DNA of 53,779 nucleotides from Chlamydiota bacterium (GTDB lineage Bacteria; Chlamydiota; Chlamydiia; Chlamydiales; SM23-39). The notes under the pieces are model-generated. The model had not been told where the DNA came from and did not search any database. It saw only the letters and a program-made list of their open reading frames with translations. Below, piece after piece: positions 1 to 8,898 of the stretch. A program made the position numbers and the translations under genes. Location of the stretch: positions 1 through 53,779 of the forward strand of contig JBCDEZ010000003.1 in assembly GCA_039179045.1 (NCBI GenBank), read 5' to 3'. How positions within the stretch are numbered: the stretch's first letter is position 1; every line of letters starts with the position of its first letter.

Positions 1-194
1 CCCACATGGTTGTGCTTTTGGATTACAGATTGCACCTCTCGGGAAAAACGGGTTATTGGTTGGGTTTCCTCAAGGTGTTTTTTTACGTAGGTTTGAACAG
101 AGGATCCTTCTGGATTGTTTTCAAACATAAATTGGCCCGTATGCTGATCATACACCATACCACATCGACTAACATATAAATGAATAATAGACAT
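1..194 (-). CDS. Orphan hypothetical protein, N-terminal part (runs off window start)
   Basis: ATG at 194 opens a stop-free frame to the window edge (MSIIHLYVSRCGMVYDQHTGQFMFENNPEG...). Upstream DNA is AT-rich. No recognisable motif. Confidence 0.4.
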   Translation of the reverse strand, partial: MSIIHLYVSRCGMVYDQHTGQFMFENNPEGSSVQTYVKKHLEETQPITRFSREVQSVIQKHNHV

Positions 195-252
195 AACATG
201 TATTTATAAAAAGAATGATTTTACCAATTTAGTCTTTTTTCAGCTATTTTTT

Positions 253-300
253 TATACCCATTTCACTTGAAGAATTGAGTTAGTTAGAATAATAGAGATG
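253..300 (-). mobile_element. Isolated right end (IRR) of the IS630/MITE family
   Basis: TATACCCATTTCACTTGAAGAATTGAGTTAGTTAGAATAATAGAGATG matches the starts of the copies at 41501 and 53460. Confidence 0.85.
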
Positions 301-443
301 AAAAAGGGTCTTGGCCTAGATGAGGTGGGCATAATTCTTTTGGGGAAACGGACGAGATACGAGCGAAAAGCTCTTGTAGGAACAGCATTCTCCAAGATGA
401 AAGGACTTTATGGTCCCATGTTCTACTCAAGAAAACCAAGCGC
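301..443 (+). pseudogene. IS5-family (IS903 group) transposase C-terminal remnant
   Basis: Translates to ...GKRTRYERKALVGTAFSKMKGLYGPMFYSR, which aligns with the IS903-type Y(2)R(3)E(6)K region. The catalytic Glu position is Gly and the N-terminal part is missing. Confidence 0.7.
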
Positions 444-830
444 TCAAGAGCAGCTCATTGCAAGGGCTACCGCTTTTTTTGCAATATAGGGGTCTTTGCA
501 GGCCTCCAAAGCCTTCGATTGTACGTATGCTTGTTGCTTGTAACCGAGAGCGTAGAGCGCTTTTGCGCGATTCAAAAGAGAGGGGTAGTGGTCTTGATGC
601 AAGGCCAAGGCTCTATCGAGGTAGTGGAGCGCTTCGAGATTGTTGCCTGTTTCTAAGTATAGGGCGCCCATGGTCTGCAAATCGTAGGTGTTTTTGGGAG
701 AGATGACAACGAGTGCTTGGAAAATCGTCAGGGCGATTTCGTAATTTCCCTCCTTCACGTAGGAATATCCTACAAAGCGTAGGTCGTCCAACTCCTCTTT
801 TGACCAGTGTAGCAACTTTTTCCAGTCCAT
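444..830 (-). CDS. TPR protein, SycD/LcrH-like type III secretion chaperone (CT274-like)
   Basis: 128 aa with TPR pattern (GYSYVKEGNYEIALTIFQAL; LGALY-like; LLNRAKALYALG). Lies next to a CT273-like gene and rsmH, as in Chlamydia. Confidence 0.8.
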   Translation of the reverse strand: MDWKKLLHWSKEELDDLRFVGYSYVKEGNYEIALTIFQALVVISPKNTYDLQTMGALYLETGNNLEALHYLDRALALHQDHYPSLLNRAKALYALGYKQQAYVQSKALEACKDPYIAKKAVALAMSCS

Positions 831-832
831 CT

Positions 833-1390
833 TTACCCTTTGTGGTACTGGTTGCGTAGTGTGTTGACGAGATGCAGGTCGTCGTTGAGTCGCTGTAGAA
901 GCTGCAAAAGGCCTTGGATAGAGGCCTTTTCCTGTTCTGGGGGAGGCGCGTGCTTTGAGTTATCTGCCTTGGACGCGCTCTTTTTTTTCCGTTCATCTCC
1001 CTTGGAATCTTTTCCGGATCCTCGCTCGTCTGCCTTGCCCACAAGAGCGCACTTTTCAGCAAGATTGCGCAATGTATCTTGGGTGCCCATGCTGGGAATG
1101 AGCGTGTGCGTGAACAGTCTTCTCATAGCGGTAAAAAAATGGGGAGGAGGCAAGATATGAGCCCAATGATCTTGGGTGAGGTGGGGGCTGTAGTGCTTCT
1201 GAAACCCTTGCCAACTCGCCTCATAAGGGGACTGAGAGACGACTCCAGCTAAGTCCGCAACTACAGAGGTCTCCTTCAAAGAGGCACCCCGAAGAGCTTT
1301 GGATGTTGTTTTTAATTCCTCTTGATTTGCAATATATTGCAGCGATACGTCATCGCCTAAGTTATCGATCGTTTTTACATCTTTTGACAT
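833..1390 (-). CDS. Conserved chlamydial hypothetical protein (CT273-like)
   Basis: 185-aa ORF directly upstream of the TPR gene, with PPP..F...RRLFTHTLIPS-type core and C-terminal QYHKG. Syntenic position supports the call. Confidence 0.7.
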   Translation of the reverse strand: MSKDVKTIDNLGDDVSLQYIANQEELKTTSKALRGASLKETSVVADLAGVVSQSPYEASWQGFQKHYSPHLTQDHWAHILPPPHFFTAMRRLFTHTLIPSMGTQDTLRNLAEKCALVGKADERGSGKDSKGDERKKKSASKADNSKHAPPPEQEKASIQGLLQLLQRLNDDLHLVNTLRNQYHKG

Positions 1391-1800
1391 GTCGTATCTC
1401 TACACAATTCCTACTTCAAATCGTACCATTTTTGCCCTTTTTTTCGGTAGGCGTAGAAAAAGCAGTATTGCTACTTCAAAGGGGAGTACGCCCAATCACC
1501 GATTATTGGGCGCATCTGTTGCGATGAGAGAAACTTGCTACGAGCAATGCTGTAGCAGAAGGCAAGTAGACGAAAAAGCGTGAGATGAAGAAAATCATTT
1601 CTCACTTGCTTTTTATGAATTTTTTCCCGAGACTATTCATAGTTTTGGTCTTTCTTGCGCAAGATGCTTTTCTTTCATTTTGCTAAATTTTTTCTAGTTA
1701 TGAACATGCATTCCGCATTTGCTGATTTTTTGCCAACCGTCTCTTTTTCAATAACTTAATTTACACTTCCCGGTTCCTTTGCAGTGTATTTTTGAACAAA

Positions 1801-1950
1801 TTTCCCACAATTTCCCACACAGGAGAAATGGTGCAATAACTCTCTTAGAAGGAAAAATTTACGGTAGATTTTTCGCTGTAAAAATGGGAAAAATCTTGCC
1901 AAGATGCGCCTGCTTGCGTAAGATGTGGTACGAAGTGGGAAAAGCGGGAA
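1801..1950. promoter_or_regulatory. Candidate MraZ-binding repeats upstream of mraZ
   Basis: GTGGT/GTGGG/GCGGG at 1925/1935/1944 (~10-bp period). An opposite-strand pair TTTCCCACAA-TTTCCCACAC lies at 1801-1820. MraZ is known to bind GTGG(G) repeats with a 10-bp period. Confidence 0.6.
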
Positions 1951-1951
1951 A

Positions 1952-2479
1952 ATGCAGTTTTTTAGTGGTTCTTGGAATACAAAATTGGATGAAAAAGGTC
2001 GCTTTGTCCTTCCGAGCGCTCTTCGAGATGGGCTCGTTGAGCAGGGGCGCCTCGAAATTTTCCTAGGCTTGAGCTTAGGAGGATGTTTGGCTATTTACCG
2101 CGAATCTGATGTTGCGAAGATGGTAGAGCGCTTCCGAGCAAAACAGCATCTCGCCCGCTATCAGTCTCTTTTCACTACCTTTTTCTCAAGTTTGCATCGC
2201 GCTCTCCCCGACAGAGTAGGCCGAATTTATCTCCCTCCGTTTCTGCAGAAAGTGGCAAACATCGAGAAAAAAGAGGAGCTTGCGCTAGTTGGTGTGATCG
2301 ATAAAATTGAGATTCTACCTAGAGCAGTTCACGAAGAGCGCATGCGCCACTTTCTAGAAGAAGGGAGGTCCTCTTCTCTTTGTGAGGAATTGTTCTCCCT
2401 TTTGGAGCCAGAAAAACCTTCGAAGGCAGATATGCCTCTTTCGGAGGAAACGCAGGAGCTAGTTGAGGTGCCTGTTTGA
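1952..2479 (+). CDS. mraZ: Division/cell-wall cluster transcriptional repressor MraZ
   Basis: MQFFSGSWNTKLDEKGRFVLP and second repeat DRVGRIYLP...VGVIDKIEI. Directly precedes rsmH. ATG at 1952 is preferred over GTG at 1925. Confidence 0.92.
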   Translation: MQFFSGSWNTKLDEKGRFVLPSALRDGLVEQGRLEIFLGLSLGGCLAIYRESDVAKMVERFRAKQHLARYQSLFTTFFSSLHRALPDRVGRIYLPPFLQKVANIEKKEELALVGVIDKIEILPRAVHEERMRHFLEEGRSSSLCEELFSLLEPEKPSKADMPLSEETQELVEVPV

Positions 2480-3387
2480 GTCTTCTCCATACGCCTGTGC
2501 TGCAAGAGGAGATTTTGCAATACCTCTCTACTAAGGGGCTCCGTACTTTTTGCGATGCTACCTTAGGCAATGGAGGGCACGCTCTTGCTCTTCTCGAAGC
2601 GCATCCAGAAATTGAGATTTACCTAGGATTGGATCAAGACAAGCATGCTCTTGGAATAGCACGAAAACATCTTACGGGGAAAGACAAAAAAATCCATTTT
2701 TTGCACCGGAATTTTCGTCATATTGAGCAGATTGTCCAGGAGAAAGGGTTTGCCCCTTTTGACGGCATTCTTTTCGATTTGGGAGTCTCTTCAATGCAGC
2801 TCGATGAGCAGGGAGAGGGATTCGAGCAGCGGGGGTTTAGCTTTCTGCGCCCAGCTCCCCTTGACATGCGGATGAATCAAGACCAGCCACTCACCGCAGA
2901 GCAGGTAATCAACGACTATTCGGAAAAGCAGCTAGGGGAGATTTTTCGGGAGTTGGGAGAAGAACCTTTTTGGAGATCGATCGCCCGAACCATTCACCAA
3001 GCACGGCAAAAAAAGCGGATCACTACGACTACCGAATTGGTGGATCTGGTGGAGAGAGTAAAAAAAAGGCGCGGAAGACTCCACCCGGCTACTTTGGTAT
3101 TTCAGGCGTTGCGCATTCTTGTCAATGAAGAGCTTATATCTCTCGAAGAGGGCTTGAGAAATGTCATTCCCCTCCTTGCAAAGGGAGGACTGCTTTTTGT
3201 AATCTCTTTCCACAGTTTAGAGGACCGCATTGCAAAACAGGTATTTCGTGCTGAGGCAAAAGTCGACGCCTCCTTGCGCATTCTTACAAAGAAGCCTTTG
3301 ATAGCTACACGTGCAGAAACGCGGAAAAATCCTAGGGCGCGTTCAGCGAAGATGCGCATCTTAGAGCGCTCAGCAGATCACACTTAG
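2476..3387 (+). CDS. rsmH: 16S rRNA m4C1402 methyltransferase RsmH (MraW)
   Basis: Motifs HTPVL, DATLGNGGH, DLGVSSMQLD, PLDMRM, ISFHSLEDRI, NPRARSAKMR. Confidence 0.97.
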   Translation: MSLLHTPVLQEEILQYLSTKGLRTFCDATLGNGGHALALLEAHPEIEIYLGLDQDKHALGIARKHLTGKDKKIHFLHRNFRHIEQIVQEKGFAPFDGILFDLGVSSMQLDEQGEGFEQRGFSFLRPAPLDMRMNQDQPLTAEQVINDYSEKQLGEIFRELGEEPFWRSIARTIHQARQKKRITTTTELVDLVERVKKRRGRLHPATLVFQALRILVNEELISLEEGLRNVIPLLAKGGLLFVISFHSLEDRIAKQVFRAEAKVDASLRILTKKPLIATRAETRKNPRARSAKMRILERSADHT

Positions 3388-3448
3388 CGGAACCTGGGGG
3401 GCCTGAAGGGATCTGCTGCGAGCGCAACGGCAAAAATGGGGACTTCTG

Positions 3449-4897
3449 ATGAAATGCAAAAAGCTGATCCGTGGCTTTCCTATTGCCTTGAAAGGCGCAA
3501 AGGAGGTGGAGATTACGGGCATTTCTGCCGATGCGCGGCATGTTCTACCAGGCAACCTATTTGTTCTGAATAAGGACCATTCTTTCGGTGGAATCGGTAG
3601 CATGGCACATGCGATGCAAAATGGCGCTGCAGCGATTCTTACCGATATTTACGATCCATTCCTTGCCGTTCCCCAGCTTGTAACGCCTTCTTTGGAAAAA
3701 GTGGTACCTTCTTTGGTCGATCGGTACTACGGAAGCCCCTCTAAAAGAGTGCGTGTGTTGGGCATTTTGGGTAGTCAGGCAACTGTAGCCGCGCATCTGC
3801 TGCGACACTGTTTAGAAGAGCTGGGAGAGGCTGTAGGGCTTCTTAGTAGCGTGGAAAAGTGGAGGCAAGGGAGCTATGTCCCAGCAGATCTGTTTGCAGA
3901 TGATCTCATCTCCAACCAAAAGTCTCTAGGGGAGATGTTGGATCAAGGCAAGAAGGTAGCGGTTTTGGAGATGCTTCCCAGAGCTCTCCAGGGGGGAGCC
4001 TTTGCGGAAGTCGATTTGCACGCCACAATTTTTGCGCAGTTCTCTTCTCAAGAGGAAGGGTGCCTACCGCCAGAGGAAATGCTACAGGAAGTCGCACCTC
4101 TTCTTCTAAACAATCATTGCTCGTTTGTGGCACTTAACGAAAACAGTCCCTACATTCCGTTTTGCCGAGAGACCCTTCGCATCCTGCCGAAAACCTACGG
4201 ATTTAGCAGAAGAGCAGAGCTCCAGATGGCAGACATTTCCTTTTCTCAAAAAGGCACCAAGGGGCGTCTAGTCCACCGAGGAAAAAGTTCTCTTTTCTCT
4301 TCTCCTCTGTTGGGAAGGCCCCCTCTTTATGGGATGCTTGCTGCTTTGAGCGCTCTTGTCTCTTGTGGTTATTGTATAGAAGAGATCACTCCTTATTTGG
4401 CTAGTTTTCGCGGTGTGCCAGGGAGGATGCAGAAAGTAGGGCGTACGATCTTTGTCGATGCTGCGCGCACTCCTTCCGCTTTAGAAGAGAGCCTTCTTGC
4501 TCTACGCGCATGCACAAACAAACCCATTGTTCTTGTGTTTGGATCTTTGGGAGGTACTGCTCGAAATAGTCGATTTCATATGGGAAAAATTGCGGACCGG
4601 TACGCCGATTTTACCATTCTTACCAACAACAACCCTGGCGCGGAGGATCCTGCATCGATTGTAGCCGATCTGCAGGCGGGTTTTTCCAGCAATCGGCGGC
4701 AGATTGTTTTGCATCGTAGAGAAGCCATCTACGAAGGAGTGCGAAGAGCGCATGGAAAAGCTCTACTACTCATTGCGGGCAAAGGGCATGAAAAAACCGA
4801 GTCTTGCGCACACACAACGCTCCCGTTTGATGATGTGGAAGTAGCAAAAGAGGCTTTGCGGGTAGTTTCTCAAAAACAGGGCAGAGCGACCCTTTGA
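3449..4897 (+). CDS. murE: MurE-like Mur ligase with degenerate catalytic motifs
   Basis: Three-domain Mur ligase layout (ITGISADAR, YYGSPSK, VPGRMQ, D..TP.AL, EDP..I, IAGKGHE, PFDD). P-loop, DHLDYH and DNPR motifs are all replaced. Confidence 0.85.
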   Translation: MKCKKLIRGFPIALKGAKEVEITGISADARHVLPGNLFVLNKDHSFGGIGSMAHAMQNGAAAILTDIYDPFLAVPQLVTPSLEKVVPSLVDRYYGSPSKRVRVLGILGSQATVAAHLLRHCLEELGEAVGLLSSVEKWRQGSYVPADLFADDLISNQKSLGEMLDQGKKVAVLEMLPRALQGGAFAEVDLHATIFAQFSSQEEGCLPPEEMLQEVAPLLLNNHCSFVALNENSPYIPFCRETLRILPKTYGFSRRAELQMADISFSQKGTKGRLVHRGKSSLFSSPLLGRPPLYGMLAALSALVSCGYCIEEITPYLASFRGVPGRMQKVGRTIFVDAARTPSALEESLLALRACTNKPIVLVFGSLGGTARNSRFHMGKIADRYADFTILTNNNPGAEDPASIVADLQAGFSSNRRQIVLHRREAIYEGVRRAHGKALLLIAGKGHEKTESCAHTTLPFDDVEVAKEALRVVSQKQGRATL

Positions 4898-5012
4898 GCT
4901 CTTGGGAAAAAAAGATTGGAAAGAAAAGAGCGGTCCTTACAATGCGGAAGTAGGTGAGGGTCTAGCATGACAAGGGTCCCCTCTTAGCAAAAATCGAGAT
5001 CATGGAGAAGGG

Positions 5013-6452
5013 ATGACGCAAGCAGATATCGGAATTATTGGCCTGGCCGTCATGGGCAAGAACTTGATCTTGAATATAGCAGATCATGGGTATACCGTCG
5101 CGGCCTTCAACCGGAGTTTGGATAAGGTAGATCGCTTTGCCTCTGGAGAGGCAAAGGGCAAAACCATTCTTTGTGCGCACTCCTTAGAAGAGTTTTTACA
5201 GCTTTTAAAAAGACCGAAGAAGATCATGTTAATGATCAAGGCAGGCGGTGCGGTCGATGCTTTTATCGAGCAGCTCCTTCCCCATTTAGAGCCGGGAGAC
5301 ATCCTCATCGATGGGGGCAATAGTCACTACCCTGATACCCAAAGGCGTTATGAACAGCTCCAAAAAAGAGGACTCTTATTTGTGGGAACGGGTATCTCCG
5401 GAGGAGAAGAAGGTGCCCGGAGAGGGCCTTCGATCATGCCGGGAGGCAATGCTGAGGCATGGCCTCACCTAAAACCTATTTTTCAGTCGATTGCCGCTAA
5501 AAGCGAAGAAGGGGAGCCTTGCTGCGACTGGGTAGGTGAGGGGGGCGCTGGCCATTATGTAAAAATGGTGCACAATGGGATCGAATATGGCGATATGCAG
5601 CTGATTTGTGAGGCGTTCGATCTGATGCATACCGCTCTTCGAAAAGACTATCCTACGCTGCAAAAGATTTTCTCTGAGTGGAATCAAGGAGAACTCGACT
5701 CCTATCTCATCGAAATCACCGGGGATATTCTGCAAAAAAAAGAAGAGGATGGTCGGATGGTATTGGAAAACATACTCGATGTAGCCGGACAAAAAGGTAC
5801 AGGTAAATGGACAGGAATCAATGCTTTAGAAGAGGGGGCGCCGGTTACCCTTATTGCAGAGGCGGTCTTTGCAAGATGCCTGTCTGCTTTGTATGAAGAG
5901 CGGCAACAAGCAGCGGGGCACTATCCTTTTGCCACCCCTCAAGGGGAGATCGATACAGATAAGGTTGCAGACGCTCTGTATGCCGCGAAAATCATTAGCT
6001 ACTCCCAGGGATTCATGCTCATGCGCTTGGCTTCAGAAAAATATGACTGGAATTTACAATATGGCGCCATCGCGCTCATGTGGAGAGGGGGCTGCATCAT
6101 CCGCAGCCGCTTTCTGGGAAAAATTCGTGACGCATACCGGAAAAACCCTGCACTCAAAAACTTGCTACTAGATGAGTTTTTCGTAGGAGAGATGTCCCGC
6201 GTGATCCCCAACTTGCGCGAGGTGGTCGCATTTGGTCTTTTACAAGGGATTGCTCTTCCTTGCTTTTCCGCGGGATTGAGCTTTTTCGATGGGTACCGCA
6301 GAAAGCGGCTCCCTGCGTACCTTCTTCAGGCTTTGCGAGACTATTTTGGAGCGCACACGTACGAAAGGGTGGACAAGAAGAGGGGAGAATTTTTCCACAC
6401 AAAATGGACAGATACCTCGGGGGAGACGAGTTCTTCTTCTTACAATGCTTGA
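5013..6452 (+). CDS. gnd: 6-phosphogluconate dehydrogenase, NADP+-dependent, decarboxylating
   Basis: Motifs GLAVMGKNL, IDGGN, GISGGEEGA, KMVHNGIEYGDMQLI, QKGTGKWT, RDYFGAHTY. Confidence 0.98.
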   Translation: MTQADIGIIGLAVMGKNLILNIADHGYTVAAFNRSLDKVDRFASGEAKGKTILCAHSLEEFLQLLKRPKKIMLMIKAGGAVDAFIEQLLPHLEPGDILIDGGNSHYPDTQRRYEQLQKRGLLFVGTGISGGEEGARRGPSIMPGGNAEAWPHLKPIFQSIAAKSEEGEPCCDWVGEGGAGHYVKMVHNGIEYGDMQLICEAFDLMHTALRKDYPTLQKIFSEWNQGELDSYLIEITGDILQKKEEDGRMVLENILDVAGQKGTGKWTGINALEEGAPVTLIAEAVFARCLSALYEERQQAAGHYPFATPQGEIDTDKVADALYAAKIISYSQGFMLMRLASEKYDWNLQYGAIALMWRGGCIIRSRFLGKIRDAYRKNPALKNLLLDEFFVGEMSRVIPNLREVVAFGLLQGIALPCFSAGLSFFDGYRRKRLPAYLLQALRDYFGAHTYERVDKKRGEFFHTKWTDTSGETSSSSYNA

Positions 6453-6464
6453 AAAGCAAGAACC

Positions 6465-8267
6465 TTAGTCTGCCTTCAATACAGCCATAAAGGCCTCTTG
6501 AGGTATACTTACTTTACCCACTTCGCGCATCTTTTTCTTTCCTTTTTTTTGTTTCTCCCAAAGTTTCTTTTTCCTCGTGATGTCTCCGCCGTAGCACTTT
6601 GCGGTCACGTTTTTTCCCGTAGGGCTCAGGGTTTCACGAGCTACAATTTTCCCTCCGATTGCGGCTTGGATCGGAATTTTGAAGAGCTGTCTTGGGATGA
6701 CTTCCTTCAATTTCTGGCAAAGAGAGCGCCCCTTGGCTTCTGCTTTTGAGCGGTGAATGAGAATAGAAAAAGCGTCGACAGGCTCTTCATTGATCCGAAT
6801 CTCTAGCTTCACGATATCGCTTTTGGCGTAATCGGTTAGTGTGTAATCAAAAGAGCTGTATCCTTTAGTAACCGATTTGAGCTTATCGTTGAAGTCGGTG
6901 ATGATCTCGTTCATAGGGAAGCGGTAAGAGAGAAGAAGCTGTTCTGAAGAGGTGCTCTCTGTCTTTAGAAGGGTTCCTCGCTTGTCCGAGCCTAAGTTCA
7001 TGACCGCTCCCAGATAGTCTTTGGGTACCATAATATGGCAAGCTGCATACGGCTCTTCGACGTAGGAGATTGTAGCGGGATCGGGATAGTGGGCTGGATT
7101 GTCAATCTCTTCTACCGCACCGTTTTGTAGGTGGTAGCGGTAAATTACAGAAGGAGCGCTCGAGATAATATCGAGTGCAAACTCTCGTTGCAACCTCTCA
7201 AAGATGATTTCCAGATGCAGCAGCCCCAGAAAGCCACACCGAAAACCGAAACCCAAAGCAAGAGAGCTTTCTTGCTCTACGTGGAGAGAGGAATCGTTAA
7301 TCTGCAGCTTGAGAAGAGCGTCGCGGAGAGCTTCAAAATCATTGGTATCAATGGGGTAAATTCCAGCAAAGACGACAGGTCGGATGCGCTGGAACCCAGG
7401 AAGGACCTCCTTTGCAGGCTGCTTTTTGTGGGTAAGGGTATCTCCGATCTGCACATCTTCTGTATTTTTGATATTGGCGCAAAGATAGCCCACCTCACCT
7501 GCTCGAAGTGCCTCGACTGACCGTTCTTGTGGGGAGAAAAACCCCGTGTCCAGTACATCGAAGGATTTGTCTGTTTTCATGAGAAGAATCGTATCTTTTT
7601 TCCGTAGTGTACCACTGATAATGCGCACATAGACCATAACGCCCCGGTAAGGATCGTAGTGGGAGTCGAAAATGAGCGCTCGGAGAATCGTATCTTCTAG
7701 GGGATCTGGGGGAGGGATTTCTTGGACGATCCTATCCAAGAGCTCGGAAATATGCCATCCCGTTTTGGCAGATACATGGAGCGCTTCGTCAGCCGGTATT
7801 CCGATAATCTCTTCAATCTCTTTTTGCACCACTTCGGGTCGAGCTGCTGGTAGATCGATCTTGTTGATGACAGGAACGATCTCAAGATCCTTTTCTAACG
7901 CCAGGAAAACATTTGCGAGCGTTTGAGCCTGTACCCCTTGTGCTGCATCGACTACAAGAAGAGCTCCTTCGCAAGCGGCCAGCGAACGGGAAACTTCGTA
8001 TGAAAAATCGACGTGGCCAGGAGTGTCGATCAGATTCATTTGGTAGGTAATGCCATCTTTTTGGTAATACATCCGAACGGGACGTGCTTTGATCGTGATG
8101 CCCCGTTCTTTTTCGAGATCCATATCATCGAGGAGCTGCTCTTGCATCTCTCTTTTTTCGACTGTCGCAGTCTCTTCGAGAAGACGGTCTGCTAAGGTCG
8201 ATTTTCCGTGGTCGATATGAGCAATGATAGAAAAATTGCGGATATGAGCAAGATTATAAGTAAACAT
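6465..8267 (-). CDS. lepA: Translation elongation factor 4 (LepA)
   Basis: Motifs [45 protein letters not shown]. Confidence 0.98.
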   Translation of the reverse strand: MFTYNLAHIRNFSIIAHIDHGKSTLADRLLEETATVEKREMQEQLLDDMDLEKERGITIKARPVRMYYQKDGITYQMNLIDTPGHVDFSYEVSRSLAACEGALLVVDAAQGVQAQTLANVFLALEKDLEIVPVINKIDLPAARPEVVQKEIEEIIGIPADEALHVSAKTGWHISELLDRIVQEIPPPDPLEDTILRALIFDSHYDPYRGVMVYVRIISGTLRKKDTILLMKTDKSFDVLDTGFFSPQERSVEALRAGEVGYLCANIKNTEDVQIGDTLTHKKQPAKEVLPGFQRIRPVVFAGIYPIDTNDFEALRDALLKLQINDSSLHVEQESSLALGFGFRCGFLGLLHLEIIFERLQREFALDIISSAPSVIYRYHLQNGAVEEIDNPAHYPDPATISYVEEPYAACHIMVPKDYLGAVMNLGSDKRGTLLKTESTSSEQLLLSYRFPMNEIITDFNDKLKSVTKGYSSFDYTLTDYAKSDIVKLEIRINEEPVDAFSILIHRSKAEAKGRSLCQKLKEVIPRQLFKIPIQAAIGGKIVARETLSPTGKNVTAKCYGGDITRKKKLWEKQKKGKKKMREVGKVSIPQEAFMAVLKAD

Positions 8268-8424
8268 TCCCCGATTCTACTAGAAAAAAGCATAATCTCC
8301 AAGGTCCTTGTATGAGCATATTTTCCAGTGGAAAACAAAAAAACTCCTGAGTAATACATTTTTGAAAAAAGAAGTTGCACGCTTAACAAATATCGAGCGA
8401 AAATGAGGAAAAAGGAGGGGGATC

Positions 8425-8826
8425 ATGAAAAAGGAAGGGCAATGGGAGTACAGGCAATTTGCACAGCACGTGCACAATTTGCGTATATCCTTAGAAAATT
8501 ACCGCAAATACCACAAACATCCGGAGCATGTGTTAGCAGCGTACCGGCAAATCTGCAAAGATGCGCTAGGAAAGAGCCGCCTGAAGCGGGATTTGGCAAA
8601 AGCGATTGTAGAAACATTTCAGAATTTTCCCCTTAGATTGGGTCCTAAAGGACGCCCTCATAGCGCACATAGCTTTTTGCTCGACTATGAGTTGGGGAAA
8701 ATTCGCAGTGAAAAGGATCTCGCCAAGGGCATGGACGGTGTCTGCAGCAACCTTGGTCTCACCATCATGCGGATGTATGATCCAGACAGCATTTCCGCGG
8801 AAATAGAAGAAACCCTCTCCGAATAA
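8425..8826 (+). CDS. Orphan hypothetical protein (133 aa, basic)
   Basis: Strong RBS (AAGGAGGGGG) before the ATG. Fills the lepA-npt1 gap, and its stop codon lies in the loop of a perfect hairpin. Confidence 0.65.
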   Translation: MKKEGQWEYRQFAQHVHNLRISLENYRKYHKHPEHVLAAYRQICKDALGKSRLKRDLAKAIVETFQNFPLRLGPKGRPHSAHSFLLDYELGKIRSEKDLAKGMDGVCSNLGLTIMRMYDPDSISAEIEETLSE

Positions 8827-8844
8827 TCGGAGAGGGTTTCTTCT
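8805..8844. terminator. Perfect 18-bp hairpin, likely bidirectional terminator
   Basis: AGAAGAAACCCTCTCCGA-ATAA-TCGGAGAGGGTTTCTTCT, between the convergent orphan gene and npt1. Confidence 0.75.
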
Positions 8845-8898
8845 GGAAGATAGGAGCTTGCTGTCGAAGATCCTATCTAAAAGCAGCATTCGGGAGGG

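Noticed and set aside
298-489. 63-aa ORF as a functional gene
   Set aside because: Its ATG comes from the IS630 end, its body is an IS5 transposase fragment and its tail is antisense to the TPR gene.
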